Positions 22,991-36,788 of a stretch of DNA of 64,000 bases are shown piece by piece. Numbering within the stretch: the stretch's first letter is position 1; every line of letters begins with the position of its first letter. The notes below the pieces were generated by a model, which had not been told where the DNA came from, made no database searches, and worked only from the letters and a program-made list of their open reading frames with translations. The translations under genes were made by a program, and so were the position numbers. Source of the DNA: Zygnema circumcarinatum SAG 698-1b (taxonomy: Eukaryota > Plantae > Zygnematophyceae); NCBI GenBank assembly GCA_037447605.1, contig CM074805.1, positions 744,001 to 808,000 of the forward strand, written 5' to 3'.

Positions 22991-23846
22991 GGCTGCCCTT
23001 TCCACTTCCACACCCTCTCCTCCAACCTCTTTTTGCCTTTCAAACCAAAAATAATGATTTCAATTTGGATCGCTGTATTGTGTATATGAATTGGAATAAA
23101 TCTTCCAATTTTGCGCAAATATTTAGAGCCAAATAAGATGCAGCAAGAGGCAGACTCTCAATGCAGCAATCTGCGCTTCTGGAGCCTCGTGGACCCCTCC
23201 AGACAGGCGAGCCTACTGCGAAGCTTCGTACCGACAAAATACAAGTTCTATGTCACATTGAACCGTCATGATCACAACCGCAGCGTGAAACTGTAGCTGG
23301 ACAGATAGGATTTCCATGTTAGAAATGTTTTTTATGTTGGCGTATACGTGGTAACACCGATCCAAGCGGGCAATGTTCGATTTTGCTCGGGCAGAAGTTG
23401 ACTCAGCTCATGTCCTCTTGAGCCCGATGGGGTCCGTACAGAACCGAGCCAAACGCAAGCCGAATTGGAGCCAAAATTCAACCAAAAAATATCTTACGGA
23501 AGTTGGCTTGCCGGTCCGAGCCAACGCGAGTCACGTGTGAGCCAAGTTTAAGGTGGATTTTTCAGATTTCTCAACTGGAACTGGACTGGAACCTGCAACT
23601 GGCTCCATATATCTCTGTCGCTGATAACAAAATATTCTTCTCCCTGAGGGCTGCACCTGAACGACCTAACCCTAATCCTGGCCCTAACCCTAAACCTGGC
23701 CATAACCCCTAAACTTAAGCGCTGTCCCTGACAAAGAGTTTGACCATTTGAGAAAAAAGGCCTCTCTTGGAGACTGCCTGCGTTTCTATATATGCTTCTG
23801 AGAGCCTGTAGGAAACCACTAAAGAACTTTGAACTCCTTTATGATC

Positions 23847-26800
23847 TTATGATGTGAGGAGATACCGCAGGAGGGGGCCCACCACTGCCACTGAGAGACT
23901 GTTGCCCAGCAAAGCATACCTGCAAGAGAGGTTTTCCCCTATAAGCATCCATCTGTGCAATACAAAGAAGCAGGAAAGGAAGCATGCAGCAAAGTTCTCT
24001 TACCACCCTTTGGTTTTCTTTGTGTTTGAACACGCAATAGAGTTCGGCACAAACTCAGCACTCACCGTTGGCGGAGAGAGACATGGTCCGGAAAACTGAA
24101 GTCAGAGGGGAACGAATGAAGGTTTGCAACCTGCAGACAAACAAGAAATAGGGCCATTTAAAGCCATCTCGAGTTTTAGGATCGTTTCAAACATTTGCTC
24201 CTCAAATGTGGTTTCTTCCTGCTCACCTCTCTCGGAGTGAAGTATCTCAAACCCAAGTTCCGCAAAGGTACACCGCACCACTCTACCTCCCCTTCCTTAG
24301 CATTACATTCCTCCCTTGTTGCAGCTCTTTGCCTCCATCCTTCGACTGTTTGATGGCGCTCTGTATCGACAATATCATCAACCTGCGTACGGACGTTCAT
24401 TCGATGTGAGAACAAATGCAAACAAACGTCACTTTGCAAGCTCAACTTATCCCCAACTTCTTTGCATTGAACTCACCTTGGTTGCAAGGACGGAGCCTGT
24501 TCCCTTTGCGTACTTTACATAGCTCTTTGTAAAACAGCAGCATCGCTTGGACCTTTCCGTTACAATGTCTGCAGCAAAAGAGTTTTCAATTACTAAAGTA
24601 TGGGATTCATAGGAAGTCTCCCCTGCTAAGGGAATCTAAAAAAAGTATAGCGCCAACACACACACAAAGTGAGGACTTTACCCATTGCTTCGCCCCATCT
24701 TTCATAAACTGAAGCTGGCACCCTGAAGGGCTGCCACGTGTCATCATCTGCAGTCTGCTGGGAATCTGCATCTTGTTGCTGAAGGTCCAATCCTAAGCAA
24801 CAAGAGTTACCTCTCAGACCTGCATCTTCTTCCATGGAAATCCCACCATTTTCTAGAGAGCCTTGTGCTAAAGCATGACCATTACCACTACCATTCTTTT
24901 CTACCATTCCCCCTTCCGCACTCCGAAGGTCTGCAAACAAGGGACAGTTCCTGCTTCCTCCAATTTCTGGTTCAGCCAAAAGGAAATCTTGAATGGCTCT
25001 ACATGCAACACCTCCGTCCTTACTAGGAGTCTCCTCACGAACTATCCCACTTCCGATCTTCCTTTCCGTTTCCCCCTCTCCACCCTCTCCCACATTCCAA
25101 GACTCATTCCCCCCTTCCAATGCTTCCAACGCAAAAGCGGCGAAGTCTGGCGACTCTGTCTCGAATTGGAGAGTCTTGCAGACATAACAACCTCCTTCAC
25201 TTGCAGAGTGAGCATGAAGGAGAGGCAAGGGATGGGAAAGTATTCGCCCTTCCAACGAGCCATGAGCAAAGTGCCGCTGCAATCTGGCCTGCCATAGAGC
25301 CGGCAGTCAGTGCCTGCAGGTCTCTACTTTTCATCACCGGATGCACACGGTTCAAAAGTCACTGAAGCAGAGAGGGAAATTCCATTGCAAGAAGCAACGA
25401 ATGTAAAGCATGCTTGTGGTGATGATCCAAAGGGAAGTTAGAACAGGTACCAAGCAGAAGTAGCGCGGGCGAGAATACGGAACGGAGAACTGAACGGGGC
25501 TGAGAACGAACTCCTGCACCGTGTAGCGGCACACCGCAAGGGCTTCCAATAGGCGGGTATGCGTTACGGAATTCTGCACTACACATGTGGGACAAAGGAA
25601 TTCATAAAATATTGCGTGGAATTAGGTATTTAACATAAAAGCAATCTGGCCAAACGATCACATCCACATGCATCATAATAGACCGTTGAAGGCTCCGTAT
25701 GTATGACTATACGTATGATTGCGTTATACTAGTAACCGCAGGATAATCTCTGTTTTGTTCACTCCAAAAAAGGAGAACACAGAAAGTGCACATGGAAACC
25801 AAGTATTTCAGCACACAAAAAACGAGTGAGCAAACTTGACAAGCCTAATGTTGGCTCCAAAACATGCAGGAGCCCTCCATTGATTTCGCAAAGGCCACGA
25901 TTTGTACCTCAAAGCCCACCACATTCTCCACAGCGAGGTATGAAGGTGGGCGATCCATCATCGGCAAACTCGTCAGCATTTGCAGAAAAGACAAGGCACG
26001 GCCATCGTCCACGTCTTTCTTTAAGCCTGCATCTCCAAAGATCATGATGTTACAAGAACTCTTTTTTTAGCAACTCTACTAATACGAATTTTAGAAGCTT
26101 AGAGATTATTGCTTGGCTTCAGGGGATTCAAGATTAATTGATTAATTAATTAATTGATTGGGGATTGATTGATTGATTGATTTTTTATATATTGGATTGT
26201 GATCATACAGCTGTGCCAGCAACTTTTCTACACTCTTCCCATCAAATATGTGATAAAGGCTAAGTGGACGCTACTTCAATTCAAATGAAAACCCCACAGG
26301 CATATTCATAAGTTTTAGCTGTACACCTTGGCGAGTGTAAGGCTGGCAAGGAGGGGAAAGGAGCCACGCATCAGCTTCGTAGTCCTGCAGCTGTTGAACA
26401 CTCAATCTTTGAATATTGCCCTGTACACCGGGTCAAAGATATGAGGAGCATCAGGGAAGTTTTTTTAAAAGCGCGACAATGGTTGAGTCCCAAATGCCTC
26501 AATTTACTCCTGCTACCGACTCCTCTAGCAAAACAAACTGCAAAATGCGTTTCCAAGCTTGACAAAGTGATGAATCTCAAATTCGATGTGCACTGAAAAA
26601 TGAGGCTGCATAGTTGGCGCATATGAGATAAATCAAACACACAAATGTTGGGAGAATGAACATTCTTTAAGCAGCTTTGGAAGTGAGTTCTGGTCTACTT
26701 GCAGCGACCCTTGCCACAAGACAGCTTGGCTAATTTCATTTATGTCTAAGTTGGCATATTACCTCTTGCGGCACAACATAGCTTTGGTTAAAAAAAAATA

Positions 26801-27285
26801 ACCCTAAGTGCTGACCATTGACCATTGGAACGCAGAACGGGTTATACATAGGATTTTCACATTTCGTTCTTCTCTAGAAAAAAAGAATATTGGCTTAAAT
26901 AAACACCTGGTTTGGTCGTCTGCCAAAATTATGTTGGTATACATCATTTGCCACCTCGTTTATATCGAAAGATTCAACTACTTGGGCGGCCACGCCTGCT
27001 TCCAAGAGTGAGTAATGCTGCAGCCCTCTCGCTCACCATTCAGGCGATTAAGACTTTCCGAACAGGGAAGGATGCGGGGGGTGCTGAAAGGTCATTCTTT
27101 TTAAAGCTACACGAGCCCAGAAAATCATCAGAAGCCGAAAGCATGTTTCCAAATGACGGCACGCTATGTCATTCTGCAGAGAAGCTGAAAGTAACGATCA
27201 ACGAACATACCAATCCTCCAATTCCGCTGTAAAATTCCAAAACTCGGAGATAAGGAGTTTGTGCGGATGCAGAAGATGCCTCCAT
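23847..27285 (-). CDS. DNMT2: tRNA (cytosine-38-C5)-methyltransferase DNMT2/TRDMT1
   Basis: Ten spliced exons give motifs [45 protein letters not shown], the DNMT2-diagnostic [18 protein letters not shown] and [11 protein letters not shown]. The true start may lie upstream of ATG 27285. Confidence 0.95.
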
Positions 27286-28196
27286 AACTTTCTGACGAAC
27301 TTGCTCCCTGAAAGATTCTCTCTCAGATATGGCAGCATGCAGCCATGGCCGTGAGGAGGGCAGCCCTGCGACCTTCTGCAGAAAGCTCTAGAAAAACCAC
27401 TATTGTGTGAGCCAATTAGTAATAAGAAACAGCCGGGCAGAACCGAAACATATTTTACGGACCATCAAAAGGCAGCATTTATCCATTTACTGTACAAAGA
27501 AAACAAAATTTTCTATCGCATGCACGTACGGGCAGGTAAAAATATTTTTTGGTGTAGGTTAGACGACGCATGCGCTCCTGAGAGGCGTGGAGGGCCGGGT
27601 CGCAGGAGGTGAGGGAGAGGAGGTAGGAGAGGGAGAGGCGCGATAGTGTAGGATAAAGTACGTGAATAAGTGGGGACAAGTGAGGGGAGAGAGGTTATAG
27701 AGTGGGAGGGAGGGAGGGAGGGAAGGGAAAGAACAGGGGAAGGGAGGAGGAAAGTGAGGGAGAGAGGTAGTAGCATACCAGAAAGGTAGGGAGGGAGGGA
27801 AATGAAATAACATAAGCAAAAAGCCGGAAAGAGAAGGAAAAATGAACAGTGAAGTAGACTGACCTTGGTGGACTGAGGGAGGCGAGAAGGGGAGAGGAAC
27901 AGGAGAAGTGGGGCAGTGAAGGGGTGGGGGAGAGGTGTGGGGAAGTGTAGCAGTGTGTAGGCGGATGGGGGACTAGGGAACAGGGAAGCGGAGAGGATTG
28001 CGGAAAATAAAGCACATTCTTGTAGACCTGCAACGGTTGCTAAAAGCAGCTTAAACAGCTGTCGTAAGGGATAATTTTCTGGAGTCACGCATTTGAACAC
28101 TGGCAGTCAGCTTCTCACGTTCAGGCCCCGCGTGTTTCTTTGGAGGGAAGCAGATTGTTAACCGCGTGATTGAAGTTTCATATTGTGTTCAAAGCC

Positions 28197-31100
28197 ATGG
28201 CAATGCCTGCACAATACGTCGTGCAGTGGTCTGCAAGCAGTACACCACCGGACGGTAGTAATGAGGAGGTGAGTTCTTAGAAGTTTCACTGCTTGCGAAG
28301 GGCATGATCTAAATTGAAAGTTGACATCTTGACAGTGTTGTATAGTCGGCCTTGCCGAATCGAAGTGGCATTGGATAGGACTACATGTTGCTTCCCAAAG
28401 CTTTCCTTCCTTTATTCGGAACTAACCCATTGTATACCTTTGGCTTGCTTTAGATCCGGACTATATTCGTTTTAGGTTTCCCATCAGACGTGAAGGAACG
28501 GGAATTACAAAACCTTTTGCGTTGGTGGCCTGGTTACGAAGCATCTCAAATGAGTATGAAAGGTGATCAGCCTATGGGGTTCGCACTGTTCTCTTCTGCT
28601 GCCATGGCGATGGCAGCTAGAGACGCCCTTCAGGTCAGTCTGTGCTCCTCATTTTTTTTTTTTTGTTGTTGTTTTCACAATCGCTCAACTGAGGGGTGGG
28701 CCAACAACCATGCGCGTGTCCACTTGTTTTTTAAGGTTTAAAGAGGAGCACCCGCTGAAGCTTGCAATAACACACGAGTCAGGATTTGATTGTAGACAGT
28801 TTTTGCTTGTCTGCAGAATCTCGTCTTTGATCCAGAAACAAATTCAGTCCTACGAGCGGAAATGGCAAAGAAGAATCTTTATGTTAAGAGAGGTGAGGTG
28901 CACAATGCAGGACCCTCAAAAATTAAACAGACAACTATTCTATATCTCTTTTTACATATTGCGTTAGAGTCCTGCTGATATTCTTGATGCTTATGTAAGG
29001 TAGGCAGTGTTTATCATGACAAAAAAAACTACAACTGAAAAACTGTAAATAAACTGTAAATAAGCAACGTGGAAAGGTAACAAAGGACCCAGGGCTTGAG
29101 GGAGGCCTTCTGTGGACTTTTGTGAGTCATGCTACTTTTATCGTAGTTTCACTCACTGGCTACTAATTCTTGCTATAACCACTTTCAGGTGTTATCGGAA
29201 ATCCTGCTGATAGCTCTTCTGTATTCGACCCCAGTAAGCGTATGCGGACTGTTGGAGACTTTACCTCTCCAGCATACGCAAGTACACCCACAGCGTATAT
29301 GCCTGCAGCCCCTGCTTGGGCACCTCAGAGGTGCTTCCCTCACGTGCACTCAGTCACTGAACAGCTAGCCAGAAGGTGCGGCTTCATGGCTGCTCTCACT
29401 GAGGGAAGAGCCCCCATTGCGTCACCATCAGCAACAGAGATCGAAACTGGCAGGACAGTGGAAGCGAGTTCTGAATAGGAGTTCGTCGGTCATAACGTAA
29501 CATATTAACATAACATATTCGTTTGACATAAGCAGGCAGGAATAGTGGAGACAGGCTGTTGTCAGGTCTATGCATCTCGAACAGCTTCCGAATGAATGAG
29601 TGTAGTGGCCCTACGGTTCGATCACGATCCACTCTATTGGCTTTCTTCGTATTTCCTTTCCCCTGTCTGTCTTCACTGCACATTCCGACTCTGAGCAATC
29701 AGCTGCCTCCTATTGTCGTTCCGTCAAACTCTCTCGCGTTATTGGCTAGTTTTCTTTTACTTTTTGCCGCTTTCTTGACATGTTCAGTCGATTTCTACTT
29801 AATTGTGTGTTCAAGAGATCTTCCCAAAGACTCTGTCAGATGTCTGCAGATTTGCAAGCTTCGAAGTCTAGATTCCTACCTCCCTTCCCTTTTTCCCTTC
29901 CCTTTTTTACCTCTTGTTTCAGTGGCAGTCTGAAGCACTTGCCTAACATCAGAGTGCTTGTTGTCTGTTGTGCCCATATCACCATGATCAGTTTCATTGC
30001 TTCCCCAGCTCCTCCAGCCTATGATCCGTACGCTAGCTATGCTGTGACACCTGTCACGCCTGTCCCTCCTGCAGGGTATGCACCGGTGAGGGTAAGTGTT
30101 CTGGTAAGTGACTTATTCCGGACCGGACTTTCAACAAACCCTTCTTTTCCTGTCTGCTTGAAGAAGAACGCATTATTAGAAAGAAATGCGAACAAAGCAC
30201 ATGGAATGGCTATCTGACTGCAACGGATTTCTTTTATTTTGTAGAAAATCACTTGCGTTACTTGTTACTCTTTGCAGCAGTTTTCTCAAGCTTGACTGTG
30301 TGAATCACTTGAAGTTTGGATTCCTTTCCTTTTTCTGCAGAACACTAAGGACAACCCTCCCTGCAACACACTGTTTATTGGAAATCTTGGAGAGAATACA
30401 AATGAGGCAGAGTTGAGGGGACTGTTTTCTGGGTAAGTGTGAAATACCTTATCTGGTCTGTACTCTGTCCTTGTAGAAAAATCAGGCGAAAGGTCATTTT
30501 CATACTATCCTATGACTGGATTTCTTTTGTTGCAACTAACTTATTAAGTTTTACGTTTGAAGTTTTCAGAAAACCTGTCAGTTTGAAAGTTTTCAACCCC
30601 TTCATCGTTTTGTCTTGGAGTTGGATTGTATATTTGGAGTTGACTTAGACCCTGCATTCCTCGCTTGCTTACAATGCTACAATCTGGGATGTCTGCAAAT
30701 GTCAAGGCGTACAGTCTGCAAAAATGCATTCAGTTTACGCTAAATGTGTGATCTATCTAACCAGCTCATGTACGGAAGCTAATAGCCGGTTCTTACACTT
30801 ATATTTCTTTTCTTGCGAATTGCAGTCAGCCCGGGTTCAGGCAAATGAAGGTTCTTCGACAGCAGAAGAGTACGGTCTGCTTTGTAGAAATGCAGGTAAT
30901 GGCTCAGTCCATATTAATAAGAAACTAGATACTTCTGAAGAGGAAACGATCAGCATCTGATTCTAGCGATTTAAGGCCTACTTGCTCATTTTCCCTTTCG
31001 ATGTCACTCGGTTGGCCTTATCCGCATGCTTTGGAAACAGGGACTAAGTCTTCATGACCATTTTTTTAGCTTGTTTGCAATGCTCGGTAATTTTCCCAAT

Positions 31101-31652
31101 CGTTTCGACCAAATGCAATGCAAGATTGACATTGTGTTTCATTCTTTTTGCTCTCGTTTTCGTTTCTTTTTTTGTGAATTAGGATATTCCGAGTGCTATG
31201 GGGGTGCATTCCGCTCTTCAAGGAGCTGTTTTGTCAACTTCAGATCGGGGTGGCATGAGGATACAATATCCTTTCAACAATTGAAGTACAGAGCTACATT
31301 TTGTGTAGTAGGTTATTGTTGTCGAGAAGTTTGTCTGCTAGTTCTATGCAGTCTCTTGTAAAGTCGTTTCATTGCATTCCTGTCAGCAGAAGTCTCTCTT
31401 AAGCTTCACTGCAAATCAGAATCCTTTGTTTCCCTTGACCACATTCTCACGTACTCAAAAAATCCCTTTGGGAGAAAACGTGACGGTTATTCTACTAGTT
31501 CTCAAAACGGAGCTGGCGAGGAGACTACCCCTGCTCTCTCTATGCCTTCAGCGCCGACTGGAGGAGGATCGAATGCGGGAGAGGCGGCCTCACTCGCTCT
31601 CCCTCCTCCCTCGGAGGGAGAGGCAGCGGGAGGCCAACTTGTTTCAGGCTGA
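28197..31652 (+). CDS. Two-RRM RNA-binding protein (plant scw1/RBPMS-like family)
   Basis: Nine exons. RRM1 IRTIFVLGFPSDVKERELQNLLRWWPGY..MGFALF; RRM2 DNPPCNTLFIGNLGE..QPGFRQMKVL..MRIQ|YSKNPFGRKR. The last intron is AT-AC. Confidence 0.92.
31266..31450 (+). other. U12-type (minor spliceosome) AT-AC intron
   Basis: 5' end ATATCCTTT, branch site CCTTGAC (A at 31438) 12 nt before the terminal AC. Removal restores MRIQYSKNPFG. Confidence 0.9.
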
Positions 31653-34356
31653 GGAATCTCCCAATGGCGGCTGAATGCGGGAGATGGGAGAGAGCGGTGA
31701 GAGGCCGAGTCACAGGGTGGGATGCACTCTGAACCATGGATGGCACTGCCCCACCGCAGCCCTCCCAGGGGCCCTGCATGCATCAGCATCGGCATGGGGA
31801 GCATCGCCGCACATGAAAGCATCATCACATCATGTTCGCGGGTGTTCATACACATCATCATCCGCGAAGTAGTACTGTACCAGCATCTACATGTGTGAGG
31901 ACGCCGTCACGTGTCACGGAACTGGCATTACGGATCTGCAAATGCATCCTGCAGACCGAAGTGTGGCAATGGCGTGCGCATGGACATGGCGCTTGTAGGA
32001 AGAGGGAGGGAGGGAAGGAAGGAGGAAGGGAGGGAAGGCGGGAGGGAGGGAGAGTGGGAGACAGGGAGGGAGGGAGAGTGGGAGACAGGGAGGGAGGGAA
32101 GGGGGGGGGGGGGGGAGGGTGACAGGGAGGGAGGTTGGGAGGGAGGAAGGGAGGAAGGGAGGAAGGGGGGTGGTTGCAATGGAAGGACATACAGACTACT
32201 CCCTTTCCTTGTAAGCCTCAGCCGAGTTGGGGGGGGTAGTTTGCTCCAAGCTGCATAGACTTGCTCTCCTTCAATCAGTGCACAGACACTGCAGGCACGC
32301 GTGGCATTCTGTTGGCATATTTGTCAGTTTGAAGCTTGACAATCTTTTTTTCTGAAATCACGTGCCATTTGCCTGACTGGTGGTTCATTTGGGACTCTGA
32401 AGAGAGGCCTCTGACCGCTGTACATGCACTCATTTGGCATTAGGGTTTGCACTCTTTCAAATTTCGGGGGATGTATCTTTAGGGCATGCAAAGCACACAT
32501 GCTTTCTCGCCACCATTCCATGAGGCAGATTCTGCCGACGTTCTGGTTAACCGGGTCTGGAAGTTACTGCTATTGAAGCTCGGAGGTCCTTCTTCATACT
32601 AACTTGAATTTTTTTTTATCAACTCAGCTCAAGCTCTGTGGAGCATTAAGGTTGCGAGCAATGTCAGAGGAGTCAGTTTTTTCTTATTAGGTTGTGTTTG
32701 TCTTTTGAAATTTGACCCAAGGATAGGCCTTAGAGCTCACAATCCTTCGTTATGTTATTACATCAGTGCGGCTCTGTGAAAAAAAGCCCCGGGCTGGGCG
32801 CTTCGTCGCTTTCTGCTTTTTCTTGTGTTTAGTTCTTGTTTATGTTCTGTTTCTGGCTTCGGCTTGCAAGCTCTGCAATATTTCGAAAGCATAAAAAACT
32901 TTAGATAAGGGTCTCTTTTCTCTTCTGTCGTCAGTTTGAATTTTAGGATTTGTAGGGGTGCCCTTTACAGCAAGCCAACGCTGTTCCATGTACACAAGAA
33001 GAGATATTATGGATGTATACTGGCGCTTCTTTTCTCCGTTTCGCTTATGTCAGCTCCATCATCGAAAACAGGTGTATAAACATAATAGCAACCTGGCAAC
33101 CTGTCACATGCGCAACCATGTTCCTTCCTGCGACAAGTGTATGATAAGTACAAGTATATGTACATAAAGACGTAGATGGTCTCTTGGGCCAAAGAAATAT
33201 AACAGTTCCGCCATGGACCCATCCATTCAATCACGCATGCTCATGCAGACACGCATGTGCCAAACAAAGTTACAAAGTACACTTTTCTTACTCTTTCACC
33301 GTTCAGCATCATTGTACAGGACATCTCAAGTAAGACTAAAGGAGCCGTACACTGGAGGGCATTATTGCGTCCAGGAGCTCCCTCCCTCAGGCCGCCACCT
33401 CACTAACTTGGATCCACTAAAGTAAGAAAGAATCAAAATCGACAACAGAAAAGTCTCCTGCAAGGAGGGAATCCTTCTTTAAGACATGAAGGAACCGCTC
33501 TATGAAGACAACCAGCTCTGAAGGAGCCGGCGGGAACATATACACCTCTGACTGGTCTACCGAAGCATCAACCTCGAACGCTATTTTGACTAACCAAGGC
33601 GTACAGGCAAAAGACTCTCAACCCTGTAGCTTTGAGCTGTGGGTAGCTGAGAGGATGAAGGAGACAACGAAGCCCCGTCCTCGGAAGGTGATTAAGAAAC
33701 TACACTTTTGCCGGGTCAGCTCAGATCCATGGCACTTCGTACATGGGATTGACTCCAAAGCTGGCGTTATTCATGACCTACTTAAAGAATGTGAGCCCAA
33801 ACGAGCGAAAAAAAAAAAAAACAAAAGTGGGAAACAAAAATGATGTTGCTGCTGCGGCTGCACTTTGGCTTTATGATTGGCTCGGTGAAAGGACCAAGCA
33901 TTAAGTTCGCTTTGAGAAACGATGTCAGATAGAAATAAAGTAATAATACTGCAGTCAAAATAGCCACAGCAATTGCGATTCAAGTCAGCTCAAACATATG
34001 CATCATGTGACGTTATCAGCAGACACACTAAAAAGGGAAGCCTTAGACTCTAAACTCTCCCCTCAGCCAGTTGGCTCCATGAGTAGACACTCAAAAATAT
34101 ATATGAGCACTCGAACTTAACTATTATACATTAGTATCACAAAACAACGTATGCTTCAGCATGACAGCATATTCGTCACACAATCAATCATATGGATAGT
34201 GCAGACACAAACTATGCAGCGGTTGATGAATGTCGACTTCCCCACTGAGGACGTCTATTGTTAGAGGAGAGATCAGAAAGGATTGATGCGTACCTCAATT
34301 TCTTTCTGAGATTATTATAAGGAGCCTTGTTCAAATGCTTATTGTTGATGATGTGG

Positions 34357-36788
34357 TCAAGTTCCGTTAGCTAAGGGGCCGCCTTTATCCCCAGCCTTAT
34401 CCGAATGTTTGCTTTTCTGACGGCCCATCATTTGCACCATTTTGGTGTGTTAAAACGACTAGTATGGACCTCGCCTACCCTACTGTCCCACAAGAGCGAG
34501 ATTTGTTGAAGCAGAAACCCGAAATATGCCTCACTCTCATGGCTTCATTAGCACTTGTCATTCAAAGCTGCCAGCATCCAAGGAGCTGCCACATTCTCTT
34601 CAGAAAGGGAGAGAGTTAAGAGTTGCTTTTCAAAAACTGACCTTCTTCTTGTGCTTGCGATCCTCCCCCTCCTTCTCCTTCTCTTCTTCACCATCCCTTT
34701 TTCTCTTCTGTATTGGGCAGCGAAATGTTTTGGACATGCGGTCAGTCGCCTTGCTAAAAGAGAGGCATAACTTACTTCACAGCACCCCTCAGCTGCAACA
34801 AGGAACTTCAAACAGCCCCCTCTGTACTTTCCCGTTCGGCCTTCATCGCTCCGCTAGGAGTGCTATCATGTGGGAAGAGGAAGATTCTTGTTCGGTCCCA
34901 TTAGCCTAACGAGCTTTGAATTGAAAGTGCGGCTTAACAGACCGAGAGCTGCCACTTTCGATGAAGCCATTCGAACTCTTCATGCTCACGTCACTCCGAA
35001 CGGAAATGCATCTGCTGTGTTTTACTCGAAAGACATCTAAGAATGGGAGGGATACAAACCTTTTTCTTGTGTTTTCGTGACTTTTCTTCCCCGTTTTCAG
35101 CTTGTTCTGGCTTGTCTTTCCGCTTCTCTTTGTCTTTGTCTTTGTCTTTGTCTTTCCGCCTCTCCTTGCCCTTGTCTTTATGCCTGTCTTTATGCTTCTT
35201 CTTCTTCTCCCCTTCAGGCGGTTCTGCAGCACCGCCACTTATTGTGGGCGCCCCTTTCTCACTCTGCAGCAGAAAGGCACAAATTGTTTAGCCCGACAAG
35301 TCGTCTCTAACAAGAAAGGTCAGCTAAGGGTTTCAACGGGTTCTTACCAATGCACTAATGTAACACATGCAAGAAAGAGGAAGATGTTTTGAAATGCACA
35401 TGTGTTTTCTGTGCCAGTTTCTCTTTTTAAAAAAGAGAAACTGTCCGCAAAATCCGCTGTTGATATAGGCAAAGTCATGCTTGCAAGGGTCCTCCTGGCC
35501 TTGAGGCCTTCAACAATGGATCCAAAACTTGTAGCACAAAGGTGCATAAACTAAACATAAACATCAGCTCCTCTACGCCCAAAAAACACCCGTATGCACG
35601 CTCCTGCAGCAAACCTGCAGAGTATGTCACCCGCGTGGTGACATAGTCTGCATGCCACCTTCAAGTCTGCCTGTTTGCAAGCAGAAATTGTAACTAGGAG
35701 AAGGCACCAGCTGCAAAATTATGCATGACTTCGTGCAAAATCATTCACACCCACCAGCATTGGTTCAGAATATATGAGTCTGATCATTACCTCTGGCAAG
35801 ACTGCAGGCCCGTCCCAGAAGCTAAAAGCTGCCTCTAAAGTCTTCAAGCTCAGCGGAGCTATTTGTGAAGGTTCTGACGACCCAAAACTTGGTCTCTCCA
35901 GGAGCTGTCCTAACTCCATGCCTTCCCCTCGCCGAATATCGATGCTTCCAACGACTCGCTGGAGGTAAGATGACTCTGCTGCAGAAGCTGGCAATGGATG
36001 ATTACATAATGTATCGTATTGCTGAGCCAAGCCATAGTGAGAAATGAGATCTGTAGCTCCCGTCAGCTCCTTAAGCCCTGCATGCGACCGTCACATTTCG
36101 ACCATGAGCCGATTTCAATGTCTGCGCCTGCGTAACTCGCAACCCTAATATCCGAACAAGTCCATTTCTACATCCAGTTTCTCACCACCACGCATCTTGC
36201 AGTGACAGAAACAGAAGCTCCCCTCTAACCCTCTCCCCCCAACAAAGTCCGTATTTCACGCTGGAAGGAAAAAGCAAAATGAGCTCCGACTGAGCATTGC
36301 AGAGCATGTCGATTTCTCTCCTTGCATCCGTCTCTCCAGGGTCTGCTTGAGCAAGATTGGTCAAGGAGATGGCAGGAAAAATGCTCTGCTATATGTCCGC
36401 TTCCATGACATGCATCGGAGACATTTCAAAAAACCCTAAATGATCTTGCATGACAATGAACGTTTGCATCATGGCAACTCTATAGACTCCACAACCCCCA
36501 TTTTCCCTCATTATCTTCTTCCAGCACTCCTGCAGTTCCCACAAGGCATTCTCCCATAAGTTCCATCCCCTACATCATAACCCTAATCCCTACACCCTCT
36601 CCCGCAGCGTATCCTCTCTCTCTCTCCTGTCACGTACACGAGCAGGGCATAGAGACGCCATAAATGGCGAGAGGAAGAAAGAAGAAGAAGAAGAAGAGAA
36701 ACGTACGTGGCGCAGCTCGCAGAAGGTAGAACTCATGGCTGCGCTGCTGCCCTCCCGGAGGGTCCCCCTCGCCCGCCGGCTCCGCCAT
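34357..36788 (-). CDS. MED19: Mediator subunit 19
   Basis: Exons 36707-36788, 35791-36077, about 35058-35266, about 34633-34698, 34357-34416. KELTGATDLISHYGL, SYLQRVVGSIDIRRGEGMELGQL and a K/D/H-rich tail match plant MED19. Confidence 0.88.

Noticed and set aside
23666-23715. CCCTAA(A)-like repeats as a telomere or interstitial telomere
   Set aside because: Only about five degenerate units; more like promoter telo-boxes or chance.
27513-28100. 195 aa and 112 aa Pro/Ser/Leu-rich ORFs; similar ones at 4771-5293, 31832-32258 and 58586-58954
   Set aside because: They arise from polypurine/polypyrimidine tracts lacking stop codons and have no recognisable motifs.
35719-36788. Initial resemblance to Integrator subunit INTS10
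   Set aside because: Correct splicing gives a much better, contiguous match to plant MED19.
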